Shown here one piece after another: positions 1 to 13,540 of a DNA stretch of 64,000 nt. Position 1 is the first letter of the stretch. Each line of letters opens with the position of its first letter. The DNA is from Azolla caroliniana (lineage: Eukaryota > Plantae > Polypodiophyta): assembly GCA_043228905.1 (NCBI GenBank), contig JBHGNT010000005.1, positions 3,472,001 through 3,536,000 of the forward strand. Direction: 5' to 3'. The translations under genes and the position numbers were made by a program. Below the pieces are notes generated by a model. The model saw only the letters and a list, made by a program, of their open reading frames with translations. It ran no database searches and was not told where the DNA came from.

Positions 1-141
1 CTCAAGTTTTCACTCAGGAATCCTTCATATTCTTTCTATGTCTCAAACTAAAAGGAGCATATATTCCTAGTCATTTCATTGTACTCTTTTTTCCATGGGT
101 TTCCACCAATAACAAAACGAATTACAAAAAACATTGTTTAC

Positions 142-3100
142 CTGCAGAAGCAGCCTCCAACCAAGCCGTTTCAACTCAGTATTCCTTGCAATCTCCAGCA
201 TCGCAAGCATTGCCACATCAGCTGCACTTCCCTGAACAGTAAAGAGCATCTCTTATTTAAAGAACTATAATAATGCCGGAGGCAATTAAAACTTGGGTTG
301 GAATCCAAAGAAGACCTGGACAGGAGTATTTATTGCAGCACGTTCTATTCGACCCTTCGAAAAATTATTAGCTGATTTTACAGCAGGGAAGTGACGGGCA
401 CGACCCAGAATAGTGTATACACAATGGTTCTTGAGTGCATCCCTCTTCTGTATTTCTTGCCATAGCCGTACTTCTCGCCGATCTCTATACCAAAGGTCCA
501 CAGTTTCCTGGGCCTCTTCTAAACTTACCTGCACATATATTTTAGTCTTGACAATTCCATACCATGACAAGAGCGGACACACTTCTTTCAGTTACATAAT
601 TATATTATTAAGAAAATCTAACATGAAATCAAAACACAATCCAACAAAGTACCAGTTACCAAGAATGCAATATCCAAGTACATTTATGTTTTTCAATATT
701 ATACAAAGGACAGCATGAACATAAAAATATAGCCTCAACATGTTACATTTGAGATGATTCTTCCAATCATCAAGCACTTTGGCAATCAAAGTAACCTACA
801 AGGGCATTTGGAAACTGGCAATGTCCTCAAAAGATTGAAAGTTCAAAACCATAGGTTGTTGACAAATGTGCTAAATGTTTCTCTTGTAACAAAATATAAA
901 ATTGAGATAAACAATTGAGATCTGTCTAGACCGTAAAAGATAAGCCTTCAATAACAAGTAAATCCTACTATATGATGATAGAATTTAAACTAGCTGTAAT
1001 GTGAAAAGTAGCACATTAAATAGAAAATTAAGGTACAAACTAGCCATCTAAGCCTCCATGTCTCCGTCACTTAAAGCATTATCGATTTGCATCAATTAGT
1101 ATAAAATCCAAACGAAAAAGGAACCAATTTAATGTGGCCCATATATCAACTTGTGTCAATACTGATGCTTGACAGTCAGGTGGCTTGTTCATTATCCATG
1201 ATAACATGGATCTGATGTATCTGTATGCTGAATAACATAGGTGACAAACTCCACTAGTGCACACTAACGTAAGATACCAATTTATACATGTATATGCAGG
1301 ATGTAACTAGACATGAGCAAAAAAGAACAGAGGAGACAACAAACTACTGAAAAACATTTTGGGACGAAAATTTATCCATACTACGAAATGCACAATCCCA
1401 TGTAAAATGCACAGGCAGACTTGAAAGTCCAAAGCTAATCTTCATACCTTCCAGTCCTTTGAGAGACCCATAGCTGTTTTACCATAAGCAATAGAGAAGT
1501 TCAGCATCTTCGCCTTTCTCCGTTCTGCAGCATATACATCCTGCATGCACAATGGAAATGGATATATCAAGCATAGTATAAGAAAGAATATGCCTAGATA
1601 AAATACATAATGTCCAGGTCCCAACTCCATTCGTCCATTACCTTGAGTAAAGGTGCAGGTGGAGATTCCTCCCCAGATTTCGGCTCCCACTCTAGCAGCA
1701 CATCTCCTCTTTCTACAGCTTTTCTCAAGTGATCATACATATTCATGGCTGTTCTTGAATGGAAATCACCTCCAATGCGAAACGCTTCCAACATACTCTG
1801 GCAATTTGCCAGATGTGCTAAGAGTCTAAGCTCTAACTGTAAATCAAACAGAAAACACCAATATCAATTTTACGTAATAAGTATTTGCAACTAAGTATTA
1901 GTGGAGAAGACCAAAGATTTTCTGTTTGTGTGCACAGAGACTACAGGTAAATCAACAGCTGAGGACATTTGCAGTAACTGATAACTTTTGCCATGACCTC
2001 AATTGTAATAATGATAACTTTTGTGGAGACCTTGCTCACAATACTATTTTTTTGCCACAAAAACCAGGTGTGACAGCATTTGCCTGCACAGAGACTACAG
2101 GTAAATCAACAGCTGAGGACATTTGCAGTAACTGATAACTTTTGCCATGACCACAATTGTAATAATGATAACTTTTGCCGAGAACTTGCTCACAATACTA
2201 TTTTTTTGCCACAAAAACAAGGTGTGACAGCATTTGCCTGCACAGAGACTACAGATAAATCAACAGCTGAGGACATTTGCAGTAACTGATAACTTTTGCC
2301 GAGACCTTGCTCAATACTATACTTTTTTTTCCACAAAAACAAGGTGTGACAGCATTTGAAGAATATGAAAAGAAGTTCTCACTTCAACTTTGGAGCTCCT
2401 CTATAAAACCATTGGCACTCCATTGGAATCGCGCTATTGCCTTTATGATCATGCTGAATCTAGCTCCAAACAATCATCATGAATGGCAGAGTCATCCTAA
2501 ATACTGTCAACTGAGGTTATGAATCTAGCAATGCAAACCTCCAATAAAGCTGCTTGTTGAATATAGGTTCATAAGAATAAGACCAGACCAACATATTGAT
2601 CTACGGATATAAATAAACAGGATCGAAAACATTGAAACAAAAGAAAAAGGAGACAGTGCCAGATGAGATATTGAAAATAAACACATCATTGAGCTCAAAA
2701 CACTTTGATACGTTTTATGAAAAACAGTGCTGAAATACCTGTCCATAATCTGCAACAATTAATGAATTCCCCGGACTTGCTATAAAAGCTTGCCTTATCT
2801 TGTAACGGTCTTTCTCTAATGCCGGCTGATTCTGTAAAGAGAACATTCACTCAATATCTATAAAGCCTGACATTTGCATCAATCTTAGCAGGAATCAGTA
2901 CCTGAAGATTGGGACGCCTTGCAGATAAGCGTCCTGTTTCTGTATTCAGATTCAAAGAGCAGTGCACACGGCCATCAGGGCCCAAAATATCACCACCCTG
3001 CCTAACAAAAGATAAACAAATTACAATTTACACTTAATATCACATATGAAATAACAAGACAATATACACTTACTTGCAAAGGTTGTATAAAGCTTGAGAT

Positions 3101-6100
3101 GAGAGTATCAATGGCTGAAATCTCACAAAGTGCTGCAATGGCTTTACAAGCTTCCTTACCATCCTGCCCTCCATTAAAAGCATGATAAGCTTTACCATAT
3201 ACAGTCAAATCCTCTTCAGATTTTTTCTCAGTTTTTCTGGAATCCTCAACCCCTGCTGATGTTAAAACAGCATCACAACCCCCAGGAATAAAGTCTTCCT
3301 CCTCTTCAACCTCATCACAGTTAACTGAAACTTTGCCAGCAAGATTCTTTAATGCTTGCATGCTTACAGCTGGCAATCCACTGGATGTTAGTGTTTCAAC
3401 AGGTAATTCAACACCTATTCCGCTTATTTCAATAGTCCTGAATTTCAATGGAGCCTTTTTGCCTTCCTCTATATAGCCATCAACGTTAGGAATTTTGAAG
3501 CTGCGGGTTTTACTAACATTTTGGAACCTGAAATTCTACCCACATCAAACAAGGTCACAGAAAACAATAAACAAAGAAAAAATGCAGCATGTATGATCCC
3601 AATAAGATTAAAAAGTGTTATGAGAGTAGAATGAAAATATATACCCGCCAAATAGTAGTTGTCTTATTTGGGCATCACTAGTCACATTTATATATTGTGC
3701 ATTACTGCAATACTTAGCCGCCCATTTACGAAATCTGCTTATCGATGTAGCACGTTCCTTGCATGCAACTTTTTCGACCTCTGCAAGATAATCTCGATCC
3801 ACAAGCATCCCATGTGCTTCCATCCCAGCCAATACATCTCCAAAAGGTTGCCAAAAAGTGCAATAGAAGTCATACATATTGCCACGTTTCTGATTCTGAC
3901 AATACCATTCTCTTGCTTTCAGTTTTTCATGTAGACTTTCCCACAGCCTCCAAGTACAAAGAGCATCACCTGAAGAATAGCATATCCATCTCTCTCGGAG
4001 GCTTGGGCTTCTTTGTAATTCTTCCACTGGGGGAATAGCCTTTAAGCTACCTTCCGTGCCATCCTTTTTCAATTTGCCAACACCAAAAAGCTCCTTCATT
4101 GAGGTTTTCCTCGTTATCATATTGGCATCCCAATTATGTACACCATTCATAACATTAATGTCACTGGTTAACGATTCAAGGGAGTAGCCTCCCTCGGAGC
4201 CTTTTCTTCCAGAGTGCCAAAGGCGTGCAAGATGCATTGTATCAGCATAAAATCCCGACACTTGTATTCCATGGTTCGCCAAAACATGTTTGTCAAAACT
4301 GAAGTTATGCCAAACCTGTCAGCCATTACCAAGTCCCGGCCATCCAATGACATCAAAGTTAATATCAGAAACTGGAATACCAAACGCATATTTATGGTTT
4401 CTCAACCAAAACCATTATTAGCGATAGACCAATGAGGGAGGCTTACCAAACTGATGTTAAGATGAGATATGTGTATTTTCATCTACCATTAATATCTAAA
4501 AACTCTATAGATCTGGATTAGATATAACATCAGAGATACGTGTATTTTCATCTACCATTAATATCTAAAAAGTCTATAGATCTGTATTAGATTTTCTTCT
4601 AAATATCAAATACATTCACTAATCTACGATCATATTTCAGACACAAAATATTACATGCACTAAACATATTTCTGAATGTACAAGTCCAAATATCCATAGA
4701 TCAGAAAGCATTAATATCACTGTTTTTCCTATCAATTTACAGTAATATCATGACTCATGTGTCTAGATAACATGGCACTCTGCCCATGGTTAACTTGATT
4801 AAATTTATGAGCTTGCACCTCTTGGGTTGGGAACTCAAGTGATGAAGACTGTGCTCGTTACATGTGTTTGTTTTGCAGTATATTTTTTCTCTTTATTACC
4901 CTTGTATTTTCCTTTGTCTTTGTTGTAATTTTCTTTAGGGCTTTCTTTTTCTTCTTCCACATTCATCAGTTCAAAATGATGATTGAACAGCTTTCCAGAA
5001 CACTAACCTTTCGAATAGTTGAATCTTCAAAGTAATCTTTGAAAGCATGCCATATTTTACTACGAGTGTCAAGGACGTCAACCCAGATGCAGTTCTTGCC
5101 GTTCCCAAAGTCAGCATCAGGTCCACAATAGATACTGAAGCAGATGACATTACCATGTCCCACAGGGCTTTCTTTCTTTACATTAATATCTGAAACCTGA
5201 GACAAAGAAACCCAGACAGTTCATGGCAACATCAATAGATCCTTTATCAGATAGCTGTTTATGAAACTAGCAATCAGAAATTAATTGACCAAAACTCCTT
5301 GCTATAGAAATCAGATCACAAACAAGTATCAACACTCATGACATGACCAAGCAAGAACAAACAACTTAAAAGAAGAGGATTTTGTTGATTATAAATTACT
5401 ATGTGTAGAACCTCATGTCAAGATCATTAAGAATGCTGCTGAACATTTTGTCATTGAAAAAGTTAGAATCAGCACATACCTCAGTATCACATGCATGAAT
5501 GAAATCCTTATAATCTCCTCTGAGTTTTTCGATGACAACTTGTGCAGTTGCTAGGTTATCGACAATAAGAATGTCCTCTATCATGCACACCATTTGTGAT
5601 GTTTTTCTTTCTGCTAGTTTCATCTGTGGTGTCTCTTTAAGATGGGTAGTTCCACTGGAATTGGATCTGTAATGATCGCTTATTAAAGCTCCCAATGCAA
5701 TACTTTCCACATTTTTGGAATCAGCCTCTTTACTGATGCTGCTTGAGTAGGTGCCTGGTTCAACTCTAGCCTGAATTTCCGGTGCATTTTTAACCTCCTG
5801 ATTTGATGTAATATCCAGGTCACAAGTAGTTGTGGCACCATCTAACTGCTGCTTGCTAGAAGTTCTATAATTTACATCTCTTTCCATATATGCATTTTGG
5901 GATTTACGGTCCAGCACTGTGACTCTAGGGAATATCTTCGTTTTCTCTGTAATGTGGTTACCTTCACCTTCTTTCTGATCTACTCTAGTTGGAACACCAG
6001 ATTGCAGCTGCCTGATATCATACATATTGCTTATAATCTCTACCCCACTTTCTGGTAACTGGGAAGTAATCCCCGCCCTTCCTTGCACTTTGTTTCTATC

Positions 6101-7066
6101 CCTTTGCATTTCATCCACTTCCTCTTGCCTTTGTTGTCCACATTTCCAACTCACAAAAGGTTTTCCTCCCTTTGCAAACGAATCTACGACACTACCTGTT
6201 TCTAGCAATTCAGCTTGACCCTGAAAACGTCTGGTTCTCTCTCTTTCTCGCTCAGCCTCTCTCATCCAATGCTCATCAGTAGAAAGACATTGTGATGTCT
6301 TATAGGCAGACACCCTGATATGATTTTTTCTGTAAGGAATGAAAAGAAAATAATTGTTATATTAACATATTCAAAAAGATAAAATGATACTCAATACAAT
6401 CTAATACAATGTCCGACAGGATGGAACGCATTTAAAACTACTTTTTTGATACTTCAAGAATAAAATAAGTAAGTCAATAGCTACATCTGATAAGAGACAT
6501 TTAACAGAATTAAGAGGAATTTTATGAAATGCTCGTGTTATATCCAAACTTCATGGAAAATACACTTAAGAAAATTTTCCAATGCGTACTTTAATCAAAA
6601 TACACATGCAAAAACTGATTTTACACGAACGTGGGACATACTCGAATGGGAGGAACACTTTCAAATGTAATATACTCAAAAGCTAAAAATATTCAACACA
6701 CATGGAAACTTGTCAAAGAAAAACATGCTTGCAAGGAAATGTTCTTATGAAAACAAAAGTTATACGCAAGAGAGAAATGAAATAGACATATGAGAATTAG
6801 TCTTATATCAAACCAAATACATACATGAAAACCAGTAGTCCTATGCCAAAGCAAGACATATGATAGTTTTATGGACATAGTCATCCCCCAATAAGCAAGG
6901 TAAAACAGATGAACGAAAATGGAAATACTTACTGATCTTCATCGCTGCTAAACGCACAGTTTACTGAATGCCATCTGAGGGAGAGGCAACAGAATCCATT
7001 AGAAGTAGTATAGGGAGGAGATAATGCGGCGGGACGAAGAGTAAGGAAATGAATCCCCAACGCCAT
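142..7066 (-). CDS. Plant organellar DNA polymerase I-like (POP; family A, 3'-5' exonuclease + polymerase), 3'-partial
   Basis: Phase-compatible GT-AG exons (minus strand): 7066-6933, 6329-5480, 5196-5008, 4315-3645, 3527-3074, 2997-2902, 2831-2739, 1836-1642, 1540-1448, 528-316, 231-142. Motifs: ExoI HACDTEV, VWHNFSFD, ADTMHLARLW, TETGRLSARRPNLQNQP, motif A ADYGQLELRLLAH, motif B ERRKAKMLNFSIAYG, ERAAINTPVQGSAAD. The motif C (VHDE) exon is expected left of position 1. Exon 1 looks like a transit peptide (MALGIHFLTLRPAALSPP...). Confidence 0.96.
1931..2358. repeat. Intronic tandem repeat, ~154-bp unit, two full copies plus one internally deleted copy
   Basis: gcacagagactacag(g/a)taaatcaacagctgaggacatttgcagtaactgataacttttgcc recurs at ~1932, ~2086 and ~2240 inside polymerase intron 1837-2738. 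Confidence 0.92.
4461..4592. repeat. Intronic ~69-bp tandem duplication
   Basis: gata(t/c)gtgtattttcatctaccattaatatctaaaaa(c/g)tctatagatctg occurs twice. Confidence 0.8.
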
Positions 7067-7086
7067 TAGGCGAGCCAGAGCCGTTA

Positions 7087-7285
7087 TGTGAATAATTCTT
7101 CTGCTTTCTTCTCACTCCGTTTTGTGAATAATTCTTCTACTTCTTCTTGCTCCGATTTGTGAAAATCTCTTTTAGTTCTTCTCGCCCCGTTTTGTGAATG
7201 ATCCTTCTACTTCTTCTTGTTCCGTTTTGTGTATAATTCTTCTTTCCTCTTTTTTCCTTCTTGTGTGACTTCTACTTCTTCCTTC
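7087..7285. repeat. Degenerate ~36-bp tandem repeat (5-6 copies) in the putative 5' leader of the polymerase gene
   Basis: Units resembling tgtgaataattcttctacttcttcttgctccgttt repeat from ~7087. An (AG)n tract follows at ~7428-7449. Confidence 0.75.
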
Positions 7286-10200
7286 TTCCTTCTTCTCTAT
7301 TCATCCCTCCTTCTCCTTCTTTCTGCTTCTTTTTTTCTTCCTTCTGCTTGATCTCCCTGTCTGCGAGGCCTTCTTCGGACACGCTTTCTGCTTCACGACG
7401 GGTCCTTCGTCTTCGTCGTCTGCAGGCAGAGAGAGAGAGAGAGAGAGAGAAAGAGGGGTTTTCAAACGCTGGGTGGGGTTTTGCATTCCTTCTTATCTTC
7501 TTTTAATTTATTATATTAATTAATTTATGGGGACATTCTTATAAATAGATAAATAAAATAATAAATAAATACACACTTTATGTTACATATTTATATGTAA
7601 TTGTCCAGAAATCAAGATATGTGTGTCAGAATTGTTCTATATTTAGAAGACATACATATATGTACATAGTTGTCCCAACCAAATTAACAAGAGTCTCTTG
7701 TTTTGGCCTCCACTTGGTCCATCCCTCCATCCATAGCTCTCACCTCTGCATTCCGCTCCTTGGGGCGCTACGGGGTGGTCATCCACACCTCTAACTCTAA
7801 GCTTTGTTTCATGGATTGGGTCCCTCCAACCGATCTAGCTCTCGGCACGTCCCTGTGTCCTCTTCCCAATGCGGTAGATTTCTTCTTCGAGCTCTCCACG
7901 TCTGATCCAACATCATGAACTTCTCATGTTTTGTCGAGGCCACGAAATCATATCCCAGGTACCTTCTCCCTTATGTTTTCTCCTTAGCTTATCTCGTTTG
8001 TTTGTTATTCGGTAACATATTATCAAAGCCATGATGTTGTATTCATTTGACACGAATTCCAATCCCATAAATTTTGCTCACCTAGTTTCAATTGAGGCTC
8101 TTGGATCATTATATGTTGTCATTCTTTTCTTTGGGTGCTATTTTATCAAGTATATGTATATTTCCAGGGAGACACTACAAATATGTATATCTAAAGCTCA
8201 TGTTTTTTTGTGTGTTATGGATTAGTGTTATATTCATGGATATACACAAACTCAAATCCTTACAAATTTGCTTGAATTTTTCATTTGTAGTTCTCTATTT
8301 GTCTATGGCATTTCCACATAAGAAGAAGAGCACGGCAAAATTATATACATATGCATCAAATTATATATCTATTGGATATCATTTTTATCACATCCAGTCT
8401 TTAGTCTTTTAATATTTCTAGTATCTCAACAAACTCCTGAAAGACTTTATAGAATGCTCTTGTCGTTGCTCTCTCTTCCAATTGGGCTTACCCTAGTGAT
8501 AACTTCCTAGGTTATCTAGCATGATTCGTTGGTTTAAATCATAGAACAACTATTGCATTGCAAGTCATATTGTGTATCCAATTAATGACCTCACAATCTT
8601 CCAACTTGTTGAACAACCATCTCAACTAGGATATGCCTCTCCCTCTACGTGTATTGAAAACGAGGTCCCAACACATGCAAGACATCAACATCGAGATTGG
8701 TTAGGGTCAAGGATTTGCTCTATGATTACTCGTGCACAAGAGAGGAAGCTCTAAAATTGTTTCTCATGGGAATCACTTTTTGACCCAACATATTTTTGTA
8801 TAATAATTTTGACATTTGAAAGCATAGTTTAGATTTTCGTTGAATCCTAAAATTCACATAAAATATATTGCCTCTAAAGTGACAACATGACTAAATTGTC
8901 CATTCATAGGAAGAAGGGAACCAATGTGTCTCGTCAAAACTATTGAGAGCATTGTTTACCGATATTTTTTATAATAAGTTACTGCCAGAATAAGAGAGAT
9001 TGTCTTTCAATTCAAAGCATGCACGATCAACTTTTTACTTCCCAAATTTGGAAAGGGTTGTTTTGCATCTTACTTTTTGCTTATGAAAAAGTTATTCGCA
9101 AAGTAGGAGAAGATCGTTAAATTTTGTTCTGTTGGGAGGACGAATCTAAGTCAACATTCGGGGTGAATAAATATGGATAAATTGGTCATTTCTTGTCATC
9201 CTCATATGTCAAAAATTTGGCGTCATGGACAAACTTGTGATTTTACATGTGAGATATATAATAATTATCGATTACTTATCATCGAAAACCTAGAATTTTC
9301 CCACCTCACAATTCATAATATTTCCAGGATGACAACTTGCAAGAATGGGAGGGTCCAACACTTAGAAATGCAATAAATTGTTAGTTCTTTGGTTGTCTTA
9401 ATCACTCATGAGACCCAAAATTGGTACAGTGGTTCAAAACACTAAAAGAAAAGCACAAGGAAAACAACCATGCAACACGACAGTCAGAGGGGACTTCATT
9501 TGTTCTAATTGCAACCTTCACCAAGGCCTAGAGGTCATTGTGATCTTTTTCTTTTTGATAATAAAGTAATGAAAGAATTACATGTTACCTCTGAAAAGTG
9601 GATAATATCACGAAGATCAAAAAATGTTTGTGAAAATCACTAGAATTTTATGAAGGTGACTATATAAGCTTGTCAAGGTTAGAGAATCGTCATGCTCAAA
9701 GAAGAGGGATGGATTTCAAGTAACTCCCATGACATTGTGGTGCATCAAGCATGATGGTGCAACCAAGGTGTTATTGTAGACGAATTCACACATGTAGGCA
9801 GTAATGCCATTTAGTATGCCCTGCTTGGCCTTTTTATTTGTACCACCATTATTGATTCACGAAGGATCAAGTATGCACAACACACCTATTGTTTATGGTA
9901 TGGTAAATTGTATTGACTTTCTTGTAGGAAATCCATTGTTGTTTTCCCCTTATTCCATTTTGATATTGTTTCGCTCTTGCTTTATGGGGTGAACCAAAAT
10001 ATTTGAACATTAACTTTTATGATGTGAAGACCATGCTGCATCCAAGACTTGGCATATCCTTAGCGAAAGTTGCAATATGATAGCACCAAATATAATATTG
10101 TCATTGTCATGGAATGTAGGCCTCAAACAAATTGAATAACTCGAAATATTATTGACACCATTGTGTGTTTGTTTAGGAAACTGACCATGGCATATTCTTA

Positions 10201-12086
10201 CTATGGCCAATTTGTGGGCGTGGTGCCAATATTAGCTCCATAGAAACGATCAATGGTTGCCTAATAACATTGACAAGTAGTTGCACTATTTTGGAGTTCC
10301 AGAATCCACGTTGATCATTGAAAAACATGCAACAAGGCAAACCACACAAAATATAATATTACATATACAGACATACATACATTATATAATATATGTATGT
10401 ATGTATCAACAAAGGCTAATTAGCTAATTCATCATGTTAGCTCAAATCAAGTGAAGTATTTGAATTCATGAACAATGTGTTCAACATTGTTCACAAAAAG
10501 GCCAATTAACTAGCTCATCACATATCCTTAATTTTGAGGGATATATTTATTTTTGAGTTAACATTGTCATTGTCTATAATGTCATTCCTCTCATGCTAGC
10601 ACATACATTGGGTTGGTGCTCTTTTAGTGTTTCCAAGGACATCTAAAGTATTTGAATATGATTTATAAAAGGCAATACCTTCAATTCGTGTTTTACTTCG
10701 TTGTCTCCCATGTACATATATTATTTAGTAAGCATTGACTTCTATAGTTTCCTAGTCATATTGTTATAAATATATTCCATATTTGGGCTTGAAAGAGAAA
10801 TCATTAACGCATCGTAGGTAATTGCTAAATAACAAGAATCTCATCAACATCAATATAATATAAAAAGAAATTTATGCAACTTGCACTTATAATTTCGCAA
10901 GTACCTAGTGCCCACCATATAAACTCCATATGTGACAAATAAAAGTTTTATATCAAGAAAACATACATCTAAATTCTAATCAAACCCAAATTTCAAATAT
11001 TGATGAATAGATCACCTCTTCTTCGAAAATGTTCCAAGCATTATCATTATTTACTACGTGATCCTCAAATAGGGCTATACACTTTGTGACTCTATCGATT
11101 TGGTTAAAAGCTTTGCATAATTGGGTATGTACATCTAAAAAGAAGTCCTTATTTAAGTCCACACTTGAAAACAACTTCTTATACCAAGCATCAAATGCAT
11201 GTGAATCATCACCATTACTCCGAACGTGTAAGGAATAATCAAAATCCAGCTCCCAAAGTGAAGGTTTCCCTTCCATACCTCTCAAGAAAAATAGTATTAC
11301 GAGCAACAAAGCATCTCTCGTATTTAGATACATATCCATCAAAGCATCTGCTATACTGTTGTGTGGATCAACCTTGGGAATATCTTATAGGCCTAAGGAG
11401 AATAACTTATGACCTAAGGCAAACAAGCCATAAGCATATTCAAAGCTTCAAAAAGATGCAAAACGAGGGCATCTCTTCTTATTCCTTGATCACCCCTTAT
11501 TGCTGGCTATGCTCAATAAATCGACTATAATGAGGGTACAAGGGAATCGGTTGGTATATTTGTTTATCCAACACAACTTTTGTATTTCTTATGATTTAAT
11601 AATACCAAGGCGTATCTTTTTAGGGGAGGAAAAAAAAAAACAACATTTTTCGGACCCAAGTAGTCAATACAGTTTGTTCTCAAAACCCCACTATGATATC
11701 TTGGTTCCTTTCTATCCTTGCCATCATTTTGACCCTCCCCTTTTGTACAAACTCAATCTGTTTAGTGCTCTTTGGTTCAATCTATGTTAACTTTGGCAAT
11801 TCACTTAAGTCAGTCAAAGATTCTCTCAAATCTTTCGCAGGCATCAAAACTTTTGGCATTCAAACATCTCTATATGAAAGAACATTTGAGTTTAAATGCA
11901 ATCTGGAATGATGAGTGCTAGTCTTCACAATTGAATGTCTGTTGGTATACTATTACCTAGTTAGGTCGAGTGCTTGACTAACAACTCTCCCAAGCACTGT
12001 TAAAACTTTGTGACTTTCTTTTAGCAACTTCTGGATGTCCCAATGAATGAAATGCAATCTCTCTCCCTCTACAAAAATTTAGTTTA

Positions 12087-12670
12087 AGTCAAGATTCATT
12101 GTGGTATTAATGAAAAGATGCCCAAAGGCTACAAAGTATCCATACAATCTATTACAACCCTCCTACCCACATGAATGGACACATGTCTAATAGCAGAAAC
12201 ACTTATGCATGGTCTTTTCAAGACAGGGGACGGAAAAGCCATCTTGGTGGAGCATATCTCCATTTTATTATATCCCCAAAACATGCAAAAGACCTCTGCC
12301 TTTTTCCAAATTTCTCGAAATTGTTGTTGCTTGCAAAACACAACATCACGCTCACCATGTATTGCCTCATATTGACCTCTTAGAGTATGCAGGAGCATCA
12401 ACCATATCTCCTTGACTAACTCAACCGCATTTGGTTTGACATTTTGAAATACACACTTACATATTGCCTTCCATAACATCCAAACTACTAAAGAAGATAC
12501 AATAGACCAAACCTTGTCTTCTTCCAAACAATGGATTGGTGTAGTATAAGAGGCCTCCAACACATGTCTTCCATTAGAGAGGAGAAGAAAATCAACACAG
12601 TCCATTTCATAATTATGTATTTCTTCAACCAACCTTCCCCATCTCACAAAACCCCATGTGTACGCCTGTT
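12087..12670 (-). mobile_element. 5'-truncated, decayed L1-type LINE (ORF2 C-terminus)
   Basis: Encodes WMLWKAICKCVFQ...EIWLMLLHTLRGQYE and, after a frameshift, KWRYAPPRWLFP, matching the other LINE copies. Flanked by a perfect 17-bp direct repeat tacaaaaatttagttta (12070-12086 and 12671-12687) interpreted as a TSD. Confidence 0.85.
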
Positions 12671-12839
12671 TACAAAAATTTAGTTTAGATAACCAACAAC
12701 AGTTGTAAAAAATGAATGCCATCAAGCTCCATCGCTCACAACTATTAGTGTTTCCTCAAAGCATCCATGTTTCTGTAGTTAGGAGCCTCTGGAACCCATC
12801 TTCTTCATGTTGCACACAAAGATGGCTAAACTTCGGGAT

Positions 12840-13161
12840 ACACCCTCTGTTTGCATATGGTTCAACATCTATTGAAGATCTTCAACATAACCATATTGAG
12901 CATATCCACAAAGTAGATCCATGTTCCACATACATTGTTATAAGTATATTCCATGCCACTACATGTTGATTTTGAAGGCCGCATACATAAATATCCCATC
13001 TTCACTTGGTAGATCCTCAATACAACTTGTGATTGCGTAAGTGAGGCACATTTCGCATACATGTTTATCAAATCATTACCAAGGGATTGATCTCTTTCAT
13101 ACCCATCTTTAACAATCTCCATGACCTTTGTCCCAATTACCCATCTTTGAGCAGGCGACAC
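12840..13161 (-). pseudogene. Pentatricopeptide repeat (PLS-type) gene fragment
   Basis: EIVKDGYERDQSLGNDLINMYAKCASL resembles the PPR S-motif consensus (GN.L..MYAKCGSL). The frame is disrupted and the fragment is isolated. Confidence 0.6.
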
Positions 13162-13540
13162 TCACCCTCGTAAAAAACTCAAGAAGTATGCTTAATCTTT
13201 CCACATCAACCATCTCGCCAGTTACCTCCAAATTCCTGTACATACAACAACACAATGAGTCTAATTTCCTCATCTCCTCGTGATCATATGCTTCGGCCCC
13301 CACACCATCATCACTCATCCTTATAAAAAACCATAAAATCAACTTCATTAAGTCCACATCAACCATGCTTCATCCATTGTTGTCCTCATCTTAAGATAAT
13401 AAAAATGCATATTAATCACCGATTCATGCTTACCCTAGAGGTTCATATAGCCCATTACTTGTGAACAAGGTTCACAAAAAGTACACCTTTGCCTAGTTTC
13501 TGCATAATTTAGAGATAAACCAATAAATAGCATTGGGGGT

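Noticed and set aside
7087-7285. 36-bp periodicity resembling CRISPR repeats
   Set aside because: The units are contiguous, degenerate and low-complexity, with no spacers.
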